NCBI GenBank assembly: GCA_964354805.1
Contig: CAYHBD010000009.1
Span: forward strand, 1-64,000
DNA from: an uncultured archaeon
Lineage (GTDB): Archaea > Iainarchaeota > Iainarchaeia > Iainarchaeales > GCA-2688035
DNA: 64,000 bases
Reading direction: 5' to 3'
The notes below the pieces were generated by a model, which ran no database searches, was not told the DNA's origin, and worked only from the letters and a program-made list of their open reading frames with translations. The position numbers and the translations under genes are program-made. Shown here piece by piece: positions 8,908 through 17,709 of the stretch (the stretch's first letter is position 1; the number at the start of each line of letters is the position of its first letter).

Positions 8908-10065
8908 ATGCAAAATTCCTCGCTTGGCAAAATCAATGCAATTGCCTTCGGCATGGGCGCTTTGGGCAATGTCATACTGGTGTTTATCCCTGTATTTCTC
9001 GCAGGGCTTGGCTTTAGCGGCCTGGAAATCGGGGCATTGGTCGGCCTTGGCCTGATCACGCGGCTTTTTGGCTCAATGCCAATTGGAATAATAAGCGACA
9101 GGTTCAGCACAAAAGCTGCTTTTGCTGTCTCAATTTGCCTTATTGCAGTGTTTCTGGTTGGATTGAATTTCACAAAAAGCTTTCTGGCACTGGTTGTTTT
9201 ATTCATCATTCTGGGGATTGGAAAGGAAACAGTCAGCAGCTTCCTCGACATTTTTACCCTGAAAACCCAGAGCGAAAGGGCTGGAAAAAAGTTCGGCACA
9301 TTCAATCTTTTCAGGTACATGGGCTCTGCAACAGGCGCACTGCTTGGCGGAATTGCAATCAGCACTCTGAGCTTTGCCCTTACCTTTAATGCCATAGCGC
9401 TCCTGGTACTGCTGCTGCTTATCCCAATTTTCCTGCTGAAAGAAATCCCTAAAGCAAAAATAAACATTTTCCAGTACGGCAGGGATTTCCTGCAAGCAAA
9501 GCACATACTGTTTGCAGGCATGCTTTTCCTTTTCACTTTCCACTGGGGGGCAGAGCACACTTCATACGGGCTTTTTCTAAAAAACTACCTGGGATTGGAT
9601 ACAGCGCTCTCAGGATTGTATATCAGCATCACGCTTGTTGTTTTGGGCGCCTCGGCTTTCATCGGGGGAAAACTCATTGACAGGAAATTCAACCACAAGA
9701 AAATATTCATTGCGGGAGTGCTGCTTTCAGGCATAGGCCACATCCTCATGGTTGACCCCAATGTCTTCATTTCATTGCTTTGGAGGACTGTGCACGAGGC
9801 AGGCGACGGCCTGTTCGCGGTTACACAGCTTGTCTGGATATCGCTTCTTTTTGAAAAGGAAAGAGTCGGCGGAAATTACGGAATAATGTTCACAATAATG
9901 ACTCTGGGAGCATTCACAGGAGCAATTATCTCAGGGCCATTGGGAGAGGCAACAAAATACGGAATGCCCTTAATTCTCTCTGGGGCAATCCTTGTAGCAG
10001 AAGCTCTGATCCTAGGAGCATACATTTTCGGAAAAAAAAGAAAGGGGAACCATAAAAAATATTAA
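8908..10065 (+). CDS. MFS transporter
   Basis: About 12 TMs; GIISDRFS and GKLIDRK MFS loop motifs. Confidence 0.85.
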   Translation: MQNSSLGKINAIAFGMGALGNVILVFIPVFLAGLGFSGLEIGALVGLGLITRLFGSMPIGIISDRFSTKAAFAVSICLIAVFLVGLNFTKSFLALVVLFIILGIGKETVSSFLDIFTLKTQSERAGKKFGTFNLFRYMGSATGALLGGIAISTLSFALTFNAIALLVLLLLIPIFLLKEIPKAKINIFQYGRDFLQAKHILFAGMLFLFTFHWGAEHTSYGLFLKNYLGLDTALSGLYISITLVVLGASAFIGGKLIDRKFNHKKIFIAGVLLSGIGHILMVDPNVFISLLWRTVHEAGDGLFAVTQLVWISLLFEKERVGGNYGIMFTIMTLGAFTGAIISGPLGEATKYGMPLILSGAILVAEALILGAYIFGKKRKGNHKKY

Positions 10066-10090
10066 AAAGAAAATGGAGTGAAATATATTC

Positions 10091-10570
10091 ATGAAAACTG
10101 CTTCAATCGCGAGGCTCATTGTTTCAATTGTTTTATGCCAGGCAGCTGGCATGATTGGAAGCCTTTTCACTTTTTCATCAATTCAAACCTGGTATGCCGG
10201 GCTTGCAAAGCCCTGGTTTACGCCGCCAAACTGGCTTTTCGGCCCTGTTTGGATCACTCTCTATACCCTAATGGGAATATCCCTGTATTTTGTCTGGAGC
10301 AAGGGCTTTGGCGAAAGGAAAGCAAAAACAGCAGGAATTGTTTTTGCAGTGCAGCTGGCTTTGAATGCAATCTGGTCGATTTTGTTCTTCGGGCTGCACA
10401 ATCCGCTCTATGGCCTTGTTGGAATAATCGCGCTTTGGATTGCGATTGCCGCAACCATAATAAAGTTTTACCCTATTTCAAGAAAGGCGGCATTGCTGCT
10501 CATTCCCTACCTTGCTTGGGTCAGCATTGCAACAGCGCTGAATTATTCGGTATGGGTGCTGAACCCGTAA
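10091..10570 (+). CDS. tspO: TspO/MBR tryptophan-rich sensory protein
   Basis: WYAGLAKPWFTPPNWLFGPVW, QLALNAIWSILFF, LLIPYLAWV. Confidence 0.93.
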   Translation: MKTASIARLIVSIVLCQAAGMIGSLFTFSSIQTWYAGLAKPWFTPPNWLFGPVWITLYTLMGISLYFVWSKGFGERKAKTAGIVFAVQLALNAIWSILFFGLHNPLYGLVGIIALWIAIAATIIKFYPISRKAALLLIPYLAWVSIATALNYSVWVLNP

Positions 10571-10650
10571 GGCTTTGGAGCGCCCGCAAAAAATAACTTG
10601 CCGCTTCTTTCCGCAAGCTTTTTAAAAACTACTTTGTATTACTTTGTAGT

Positions 10651-10953
10651 ATGCAGAATTTGAGCATTAAGCTGGATGATGCTTTCGCGAGGCGGATTGA
10701 GAGGGACATGCGGGAGTTCAATTACAGCACCAAAACAGAGTTTGTCAGGGAGAGCATCAGGGACAAGCTAAAGCTGCTGGCTGAGGAAAGGGAGAAAAGG
10801 AAGGCTTGGCAGGCGCTTTATGCTGCGAGAGGCATACTAAAAGGGCATGGGAAATTCAAAACAGGGGAAGAATGGCATAAATGGAGAAGCGGCGAGGGAA
10901 GCAAGCAGCTGATGGAACACTATGACAAAAAATTCGGCCTCAGCCAAAAGTAA
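10651..10953 (+). CDS. CopG/ribbon-helix-helix antitoxin-like protein
   Basis: MQNLSIKLDD…YSTKTEFVRESIRDKL; TACTTTGTA tandem repeat just upstream (operator-like). Confidence 0.75.
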   Translation: MQNLSIKLDDAFARRIERDMREFNYSTKTEFVRESIRDKLKLLAEEREKRKAWQALYAARGILKGHGKFKTGEEWHKWRSGEGSKQLMEHYDKKFGLSQK

Positions 10954-11356
10954 CCTCTTCAGGCGCTTTTGACTCAACAACATCCAAAAGCCTGTCAAAA
11001 TGCCTGTCTCTTGTAATAACCATTGCATCGTTGTCTCTGGCAATAATCGCATGAAACACATCATTAAAAGGCAGCCCCCTTTTTTCAGCAATCTGCTTGG
11101 CTTCGCGCATCTGCTCACTTGAAACAGGAACAGCAACAAGCAAATCTTTGAAAGAAGAGAACGCCCAATTCACCCGCTGCTTTGGAAAATCGCGCAACTC
11201 AAAAAGAACTGGTTCTGAATAAAGTACTTTGCAATTGTGTTCCCTGCACTTTTTCAAAAACTGAAAGGCAAACTCTCCAAGCGGTCTGACGCCGTCTCTT
11301 CTGTCCTCAAAATAGTCCCGCCAGATTGCAGTGTCCAAATAAAACCTTTTAACCAT
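10940..11356 (-). CDS. PIN-domain (VapC-like) ribonuclease
   Basis: FYLDTAIW…E…FNDVFHAIIA…ITRDRHF acidic PIN residues. Confidence 0.85.
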   Translation of the reverse strand: MVKRFYLDTAIWRDYFEDRRDGVRPLGEFAFQFLKKCREHNCKVLYSEPVLFELRDFPKQRVNWAFSSFKDLLVAVPVSSEQMREAKQIAEKRGLPFNDVFHAIIARDNDAMVITRDRHFDRLLDVVESKAPEEVTFG

Positions 11357-11429
11357 GCTATCAAGCGTGCTGAACACTATTTAAATCAGGCGCCCTGATT
11401 TCAACAATTGCCGAACAAATTCCAAGCAG

Positions 11430-12152
11430 TCATTTCAGCAGCAGAATTGCGGCAACCAGCAGCGGCTGGTGCAAAAAGTAAATAATAAGGCTGTGCCTGC
11501 CAAGGAAGCAAAAGAATTGCACAACATTGTTCTTCGAAAAATCCGGAACGCGGAATCTTCTTTTCGCGTTTGGGTAAAGCGCGTTTCCAGCGAAAACGCC
11601 AAGCAGCACTACACCAAACCAGGGCAGCAGTGGAAAGTAGTCAAAAGTGTAAAAGTTTCCGGGAGAGAATCCCAGCCACAAAAGCCATGCGAAAGGGAAA
11701 GAAAATTGCTGCAGCCACAATCCGAGTGCAATTAACGCAACGCCAGCGAAAAGGCTTGTTTTCTTTTTTCCAATGAAAGGGAAAGCGAGAATTATTGCTG
11801 CGCCAATAAGGTGCAGTACGCCAAATGCAATGAAACTGCTTGGAAACAGCAGCCAGGTGGCAGCGGTAATAACCAAACCAAGGCAGAAGATTTTCGCTCC
11901 CCTGAAAAGAAATTTTTTGAACAATTCAATTCCTTTTTTCTCGGATTTCACCCTGTTGTAGCTTATTGTGAGCGACAATCCCACAAGCAACAAGAACGCA
12001 ACAGCGGCAAACCTGCCCAGCACGAAAAACGCGCCGCTGTACAAAGGCAGCCTATAGCCAGCAAAGAAATTCAAATCAAACGCCGCATGGAAAGCAATCA
12101 TTGCAATTACGGCAATTCCCCTCAATGCGTCAATTTCAAAAAAGCGCTGCAT
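11430..12152 (-). CDS. DUF1624 / heparan-alpha-glucosaminide N-acetyltransferase-like membrane protein
   Basis: RFFEIDALRGIAVIAMIAFH, FGVLHLIG, DYFPLLPW, LGRHSLIIYFLHQP. Confidence 0.85.
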   Translation of the reverse strand: MQRFFEIDALRGIAVIAMIAFHAAFDLNFFAGYRLPLYSGAFFVLGRFAAVAFLLLVGLSLTISYNRVKSEKKGIELFKKFLFRGAKIFCLGLVITAATWLLFPSSFIAFGVLHLIGAAIILAFPFIGKKKTSLFAGVALIALGLWLQQFSFPFAWLLWLGFSPGNFYTFDYFPLLPWFGVVLLGVFAGNALYPNAKRRFRVPDFSKNNVVQFFCFLGRHSLIIYFLHQPLLVAAILLLK

Positions 12153-12312
12153 TTATGGAATAAAAGCAAAAAAGTTATTTAAAAAGCATTCCAACAACGC
12201 TTTTTCAAAAATTATTTAAAACAAGAGCTGCATAAAAAAAATTGCTTTAAAAACACCAGCGGAAGCCCGCTCTTTCAAAACCCGTTTAAATAAGAAATTC
12301 CTTTCAAATTGC

Positions 12313-13443
12313 ATGCCCCTGCTTGAAAAACTGCGCCTGCTTGGAAACGCTGCTTCCTGGGACAGCTGTGGTGGAGTGAAGCAAAAGAACATGCGGAAGG
12401 CAAAGATTCCAGCTGCATACAGCAACTTTATTTTTGACTGCGCTGCTGGCAGCGAGCCCTGCAGGCTGATGAAGGTATTGCAGAGCAACAGCTGCATCCA
12501 CGACTGCAAGTACTGCGTGAACAGCGCTTGCAAGAGCGGGAAAGCAGAGCTTGCCCCAATCGAGCTGGCGAAAAGCTTTGATTCTCTGCAAAAGCAGGGA
12601 TATGTTGAAGGACTGTTCCTCAGCTCTGCCGTAACAGGCGAAGCCGACAAAACAGCGGAGAAAATGATTGAAAGCGTCAGGCTTTTGCGCCAGCGCTTTC
12701 ACTTTAAAGGATACGTGCACCTGAAAGTTCTGCCTACAATGTCAAAGCACCTGATTTTTGAAATGGCTGGGCTTGCAAACAGGCTTTCAGTGAACCTTGA
12801 GACAGTGAGCAAAAGCCACTGGCAGTCTCTTGGAAGCACAAAGGATTATTTGCGCGATTTGCAGCTGCGCCTGCTTTGGCTGGATGAGGCAAAAAGAAAA
12901 GGCAGGCTTACCAGCTTCACAACCCAGCTGATTCTTGGGGCGACGGGCGAAACTGATTTGGAGGTATTGGGAAAAATGGACTGGTTGTACGAGAACACTA
13001 AACTGCACAGGACTTATTTTTCCGCTTTTCAGCCTGTCAAGGGCAGCGCAATGGAAAGCGTTCAGCCTGAAAAAGAATTGAGGGAATACCAATTGTACCA
13101 GGCCGACTGGCTGCTGAGAAAATACGGATTCAAATTGAATGAAATAAAACTTGGCCTGAATGAGGAAAACCGCTTTGGCAATGCAAGGGACATCAAGCTT
13201 GCTGTTGCAGCAGGCAATCCAAACCGGTTTCCGATTGATGTGAATATGGCAAGCGTGCAGGAATTGCTGCGCGTTCCGGGAATCGGCCCAAAGACTGCTG
13301 AAAAAATTCTCAACGAAAGAGAAAGGGGAAACATATTCCATTCCCTGCGTGAATTGCAGCAAACCGGCGCAATTGCAAGAAGGGCAATGCCCTTTGTCCA
13401 GATTGATGGCGCAAGGCAGGCGAAACTAAGCGCTTTCTGTTAA
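12313..13443 (+). CDS. Putative DNA modification/repair radical SAM protein with C-terminal helix-hairpin-helix (TIGR03916-like)
   Basis: SNSCIHDCKYC, GLFLSSA, YVHLKV, RE..LYQADWLLRKYGF, ELLRVPGIGPKTA. Confidence 0.85.
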   Translation: MPLLEKLRLLGNAASWDSCGGVKQKNMRKAKIPAAYSNFIFDCAAGSEPCRLMKVLQSNSCIHDCKYCVNSACKSGKAELAPIELAKSFDSLQKQGYVEGLFLSSAVTGEADKTAEKMIESVRLLRQRFHFKGYVHLKVLPTMSKHLIFEMAGLANRLSVNLETVSKSHWQSLGSTKDYLRDLQLRLLWLDEAKRKGRLTSFTTQLILGATGETDLEVLGKMDWLYENTKLHRTYFSAFQPVKGSAMESVQPEKELREYQLYQADWLLRKYGFKLNEIKLGLNEENRFGNARDIKLAVAAGNPNRFPIDVNMASVQELLRVPGIGPKTAEKILNERERGNIFHSLRELQQTGAIARRAMPFVQIDGARQAKLSAFC

Positions 13444-13474
13444 GCTATTTGTTTAAAACCATTAAACCCCATTT

Positions 13475-14245
13475 TTGTTAATGAAATTATTCAAGGTTTT
13501 TGCATTGAGCACTTTGCTTTTCATTTTAGCCGCAACTATTGCAAACAGCCTTGCTGCTTTAGCAGGAGCAGCAACTCTTGCATTCAGCAAAAAAACACTT
13601 GACAAGGCACTGCATGCCCTTGTCGGCTTTTCCGCAGGAACACTGCTTGCAGGCGCTTTCTTCCACCTGCTTGCTGAATCACTGGAAGAGATTGAAACAA
13701 TGCCGGCATTCTATCTTTTGTTTGCAGGATTCATACTGTTCTTTTTGATTGAAAGGTTACTGCATTGGCACCACTGCCACGAGGGAAAGTGCGATGTCCA
13801 CGCATTCTCTTATCTTTTGCTTTTTGGGGATGCAATCCACAATTTCATTGATGGAATAATAATTGCGGCCGCATTTTTAGTTAGCCCTCTGCTTGGGACT
13901 GCAACAACATTTGCAGTAATAAGCCACGAGCTGCCGCAGGAGCTCGGCAACTTTGGAGTGCTTGTTTACGCCGGCTTTGAAAGAAAAAAGGCACTCTTCT
14001 ACAACTTCCTCGCCCAGCTGACAAGCATTGCAGGCGGAATAATCGGCTTCTTTTTTATCGGCACAAGCGGCTTTTCAGTTTACCTTCTTCCTTTTGCAGC
14101 AGGCGGCTTTATCTACATTGCAGCCAGCGATTTGATTCCGGAACTGCACAAGGAAACCAGCCTCAAAAAATCGCTTTTCGCATTCTCTTTTTTCATCATC
14201 GGCATAGCATTTATGCTCGCAATAAAGCTGTTTTTCGTTGGATGA
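13475..14245 (+). CDS. ZIP-family metal (Zn) transporter
   Basis: HWHHCHE loop, GDAIHNFIDG, HELPQELG, AASDLIPELH; start uncertain. Confidence 0.92.
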   Translation: MLMKLFKVFALSTLLFILAATIANSLAALAGAATLAFSKKTLDKALHALVGFSAGTLLAGAFFHLLAESLEEIETMPAFYLLFAGFILFFLIERLLHWHHCHEGKCDVHAFSYLLLFGDAIHNFIDGIIIAAAFLVSPLLGTATTFAVISHELPQELGNFGVLVYAGFERKKALFYNFLAQLTSIAGGIIGFFFIGTSGFSVYLLPFAAGGFIYIAASDLIPELHKETSLKKSLFAFSFFIIGIAFMLAIKLFFVG

Positions 14246-14338
14246 AATAATCTCTTGCCGTGCAAAAAAAAAGCACACCAACCGAAAAGAAAGCTTTAAA
14301 TAGCTTTATACTTATTTTACTTATTTAAGGTGATTGTA

Positions 14339-14542
14339 TTGGCTAATATGACTATGGCTATTCCTGATGAGATGCATGCCAGGATGAAAAAATATTCGGA
14401 AATAAAGTGGACTGAGATTGCAAGAGAAGCGTTCCAAAGGAAGTTAACCCTGCTGGAGACAGAGAAAGACCCGCTAAGGCTATACGCATACAAAAGATGG
14501 GCAGAGGAAGGGGAAGAAGCGCATGAACTCTTCAAGTTTTAA
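14339..14542 (+). CDS. Antitoxin (RHH-like)
   Basis: ANMTMAIPDEMHARMKKYSEIKWTEIAREA; overlaps the MazF gene; TACTTATTT tandem repeat upstream. Confidence 0.7.
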   Translation: MANMTMAIPDEMHARMKKYSEIKWTEIAREAFQRKLTLLETEKDPLRLYAYKRWAEEGEEAHELFKF

Positions 14543-14873
14543 ACAGGGGGAAATAGTTGTTGCCCAAATACTCTACAGTGAACAGATTGGGATTAAAACC
14601 AGGCCGGCACTTGTAATAAGCAACAGCCGGTTCAACGAAAATTCGGATGATTTAATACTGCTAAAGATAACATCGAAATCGAAAAGAACAGGGTATGACG
14701 TGCAATTAACAAACAAAGATGTGGAGGAAGGCGAATTAAGGGCAGAGAGCCAAATAATGGTTGACAACCCAGTAACAACGTACAAAGAAATGATTCAAAC
14801 CAAAATAGGAAAAATCTCGGCACAAAAACTCAAGGAAGTAAAGCAAAAAATAAAGGAATTATACGAATTATAA
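14523..14873 (+). CDS. MazF/PemK-family toxin
   Basis: FKQGEIV…KTRPALVISN..FN…DLILLKITS. Confidence 0.88.
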   Translation: MNSSSFKQGEIVVAQILYSEQIGIKTRPALVISNSRFNENSDDLILLKITSKSKRTGYDVQLTNKDVEEGELRAESQIMVDNPVTTYKEMIQTKIGKISAQKLKEVKQKIKELYEL

Positions 14874-15114
14874 AAGCCGGCTTTGCAACCTAAGGGAAAA
14901 GCCAAGAAGAATAAAAGAACTGCCCGCATCTGGCATACACAAACGCTGTTGAAAAAGACTACCTTTTCTTAAACAAAAGATACAAAAAAAAAGCTTTAAT
15001 GCCCGCTTGCAATAAATCGCTATTACCTTTCCCCCACTTTTTTCGCTGCCCGACGAGCGCAAAAACGTTTTATTTTTAAGCAGGTTCGTCTTTATTGAAC
15101 AGCAGGTGGGCCAT

Positions 15115-15627
15115 ATGGCAGTGTTTGCAATTGCCTTCATTTTTTCACTGATTTTTTACCTTGCCCTCACTTTTGGCAGCGGTTCCGTTTTTTTCTGGAG
15201 CGAATCAGAACTGATTGCAGCTGCTGCCTTTGCAGCAATTGCAGCAATCCTCACAAAAAAAATATTTAATGCACTTGGAGTAAAATCGAGCGCTGCTTTT
15301 CTGAACCCGGGGAGATGGCTGCTTTTTTTCATTTACTTAATCGGGCCATTCTTTTACAGCATGGCAAAATGCAACCTTGATGTTGCATACCGGGTGATAA
15401 CAGGCAAAATCAGACCTGGAATTGTAAAGATCAAGCCAGGACTGAAAACAGATTTCGGCGCAGCCATGCTTGCAAACAGCATTACTCTAACGCCGGGAAC
15501 TCTCACAGTGGACATTGACAAGGAAAAGAACTTTTACGTGCACTGGATTTTTGTGAAAAACAAGGATCCGAAGCCAGAAGAAATCTGCGGCAGTTTCCCA
15601 AAATGGGTCAGGAGGATTGCAGAATGA
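15115..15627 (+). CDS. mbhA: Mbh subunit A (MnhE-like)
   Basis: NLDVAYRV…PGIV…LANSITLTPGTLTVD. Confidence 0.88.
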   Translation: MAVFAIAFIFSLIFYLALTFGSGSVFFWSESELIAAAAFAAIAAILTKKIFNALGVKSSAAFLNPGRWLLFFIYLIGPFFYSMAKCNLDVAYRVITGKIRPGIVKIKPGLKTDFGAAMLANSITLTPGTLTVDIDKEKNFYVHWIFVKNKDPKPEEICGSFPKWVRRIAE

Positions 15628-15899
15628 TTCCAATTGAACCATTGCTGCTGTTGGTTGCCGCATGCTTGGGCGTATTAATGCTTGTTTGCCTTATAAGGGC
15701 ATTTTTGGGCCCGACAATTGCAGACAGGCTGGTTGCAGTTGATGCAATCAACACACAGATTGTGGTTGCATTGGTCGTGCTCGGGGCAGCCTTTAAGGAA
15801 ATCATTTATGTTGATGTTGCAATCATTTACGCAATGCTCGGCTTTGTGTCCACGCTTTACTTAGCCAAATACCTGGAGGGAAAAAAATGGAGTGGCTGA
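15624..15899 (+). CDS. mbhB: Mbh subunit B (MnhF-like)
   Basis: GPTIADRLVAVD…YVDVAIIYAMLGFVSTL. Confidence 0.88.
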   Translation: MIPIEPLLLLVAACLGVLMLVCLIRAFLGPTIADRLVAVDAINTQIVVALVVLGAAFKEIIYVDVAIIYAMLGFVSTLYLAKYLEGKKWSG

Positions 15900-16252
15900 T
15901 TTATGCTTTCATTGCAATCGGCCTGATATTCCAGGCGCTTGGCAGCATTTCACTGCACAGGTTCCCTGATGCCTACACAAGAATGCATGGAACAACAAAA
16001 TGCACTACTTTCGGCTCAATATTCATTTACCTTGCAGTCATCATTTACGGCGCTGCATTGTTTTTCTCAGGCAAATCAAACTATGCTGCGCTCAGCATCC
16101 ACACTGCAATCGCAATGTGCCTGATACTGTTAACCAGTCCTGTCAGTTCGCACGCTATTGCAAGGGCAGCGCACAGAAGCGGAATCATGCCTGCAAGGGC
16201 TGTTGTGGACAGGCTGAGGGAAGCGGAAAAAAGCAGGGGGCAAGGCAAATGA
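15887..16252 (+). CDS. mbhC: Mbh subunit C (MnhG-like)
   Basis: RFPDAYTRMHGTTK…LTSPVSSHAIARAA. Confidence 0.88.
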   Translation: MEWLIYAFIAIGLIFQALGSISLHRFPDAYTRMHGTTKCTTFGSIFIYLAVIIYGAALFFSGKSNYAALSIHTAIAMCLILLTSPVSSHAIARAAHRSGIMPARAVVDRLREAEKSRGQGK

Positions 16253-16299
16253 TTTTTGCAGAGAAAAATTTGCTGAAAGATTTGGGGGCATTTGAATGA
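16249..16299 (+). other. Bridging mini-ORF (16 aa) mbhC>mbhD
   Basis: MIFAEKNLLKDLGAFE*; ATGA overlap at both ends. Confidence 0.6.
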
Positions 16300-16556
16300 T
16301 TTTTGATATTATTCAGGCGCTTTTGCTTGCGGGCATTGTGTGCTCTGCATTCTTTGCATTGAAGGCAAAAGATTTGCTTGTGTCAATTATTCTTCTGGGA
16401 ACAATGAGCATGCTCATGGCAGGCGAATTTTATTTGCTGCAGGCGCCAGATGTCGCGATTGCAGAAGCGGCTGTAGGCGCTGGAATGACCACGGCGATTT
16501 ACATTATTGCACTAAACAAAACAAGCAGGTGGGAAGGCGATGCCAAAAATGATTAA
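16296..16556 (+). CDS. mbhD: Mbh subunit D (DUF4040)
   Basis: LQAPDVAIAEAAVGAG. Confidence 0.88.
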   Translation: MIFDIIQALLLAGIVCSAFFALKAKDLLVSIILLGTMSMLMAGEFYLLQAPDVAIAEAAVGAGMTTAIYIIALNKTSRWEGDAKND

Positions 16557-16593
16557 GATGCTGCACTGCTTGGGGGGAAGAGAACATGGGTAA
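16549..16593 (+). other. Bridging mini-ORF (14 aa) mbhD>mbhE
   Basis: MIKMLHCLGGREHG*; 8-nt ATGnnTAA overlaps at both ends. Confidence 0.6.
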
Positions 16594-16861
16594 TATTATC
16601 AGGGTTGCCGCACTGCTTGTGCTTTTTGCTTTTCTTTTGATTTCATTTTCAGGCATGAGGCCTTTTGGCGCGCCGGCTGATTCAAGAATGGATGACTACT
16701 TCATCCGGAACTGCGAAACTGAAACAGCCAACAACAATCTGGTGACAGCAGTAACATTTGATTACAGGGGCATTGACACTCTGGGCGAAGCAAGCGTTTT
16801 GTTTGCCGCAGCAACCGGAGTTTTCCTTGTGTTCGGGAGAGGTGTAAAGCGAAATGACTGA
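16586..16861 (+). CDS. mbhE: Mbh subunit E
   Basis: NNLVTAVTFDYRGIDTLGEA. Confidence 0.88.
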   Translation: MGNIIRVAALLVLFAFLLISFSGMRPFGAPADSRMDDYFIRNCETETANNNLVTAVTFDYRGIDTLGEASVLFAAATGVFLVFGRGVKRND

Positions 16862-17324
16862 TGAAATTGACAGCGGTCTTTCTGTAATAGTAAGAACAGT
16901 TGCTTGCATTCTCGCTATTCCTGTAACTATTTTCGGATTGTATGTTGTGATGCACGGGCATCTTACTCCAGGAGGGGGATTTGCAGGTGGAGCAGTAATG
17001 GCAACGCTTACTGCCTTGCTGCTGGTTGCATTTGGAAAAGACTTTGCAGGCAAGAGCCCAAAAAAGGAAATTGTGCTGGCATTTGAATGCATTGGGCTCA
17101 TGGCTTTTGCAATAATCGGATTTCTCGGCCTTGGCACAACATTCTTTGGGAATTTCCTTGCAAACAGCGGCTCAATTTTCGGGGCATCGATTCCATTCGG
17201 CCCAAACCCTGGTTACCTTGGCACCGGCGGAGTAACCCCGCTGATGAATCTGGCTGTCGGCCTGGAGGTTTTTGCTGCAACCTCGCTGGTTGTGCTGCTG
17301 ATTTACAAGGGCACTGGTGATTAG
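16854..17324 (+). CDS. mbhF: Mbh subunit F (MnhB-like)
   Basis: HGHLTPGGGFAGG…NLAVGLEV. Confidence 0.88.
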   Translation: MTDEIDSGLSVIVRTVACILAIPVTIFGLYVVMHGHLTPGGGFAGGAVMATLTALLLVAFGKDFAGKSPKKEIVLAFECIGLMAFAIIGFLGLGTTFFGNFLANSGSIFGASIPFGPNPGYLGTGGVTPLMNLAVGLEVFAATSLVVLLIYKGTGD

Positions 17325-17326
17325 AA

Positions 17327-17374
17327 ATGAGTCTGGAATTGCACTTTGCGGACAACAGGGGGAATAGAAAATGA
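17327..17374 (+). other. Bridging mini-ORF (15 aa) mbhF>mbhG
   Basis: MSLELHFADNRGNRK*; GGTGA RBS, starts 2 nt after the mbhF stop, ATGA overlap with mbhG. Confidence 0.6.
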
Positions 17375-17709
17375 TTGACATTACGTTTCTCGCTGTCCTG
17401 ATATTGCTGTTGCTCGGGCTTAGTTGCATAGTGCTCAAAAGAAACCTGCTGAAAATTGTCATGGGCATAAATGTGATAGGGAGCGCTGCAAACCTTTTCC
17501 TTGTTGCACTTGGATACAGAGCTGGAGGAGTTGCGCCAATTTTCACTGACACGCCGGGAAATGTAATGGTTCTGGCAACGCCCCAGGCGCTTACACTGAC
17601 ATCCATTGTCATAAACCTTGCAGTCACTGCCCTCATGCTTTCTTTTTGCATTATGATTTACAGGCACTATGGCTCGCTTGACCCAAAGAAAAGGAGGCTT
17701 TCAGGATGA
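17371..17709 (+). CDS. mbhG: Mbh subunit G (MnhC-like)
   Basis: NLLKIVMG…NLFLV…PQALTLTSIVI. Confidence 0.88.
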   Translation: MIDITFLAVLILLLLGLSCIVLKRNLLKIVMGINVIGSAANLFLVALGYRAGGVAPIFTDTPGNVMVLATPQALTLTSIVINLAVTALMLSFCIMIYRHYGSLDPKKRRLSG

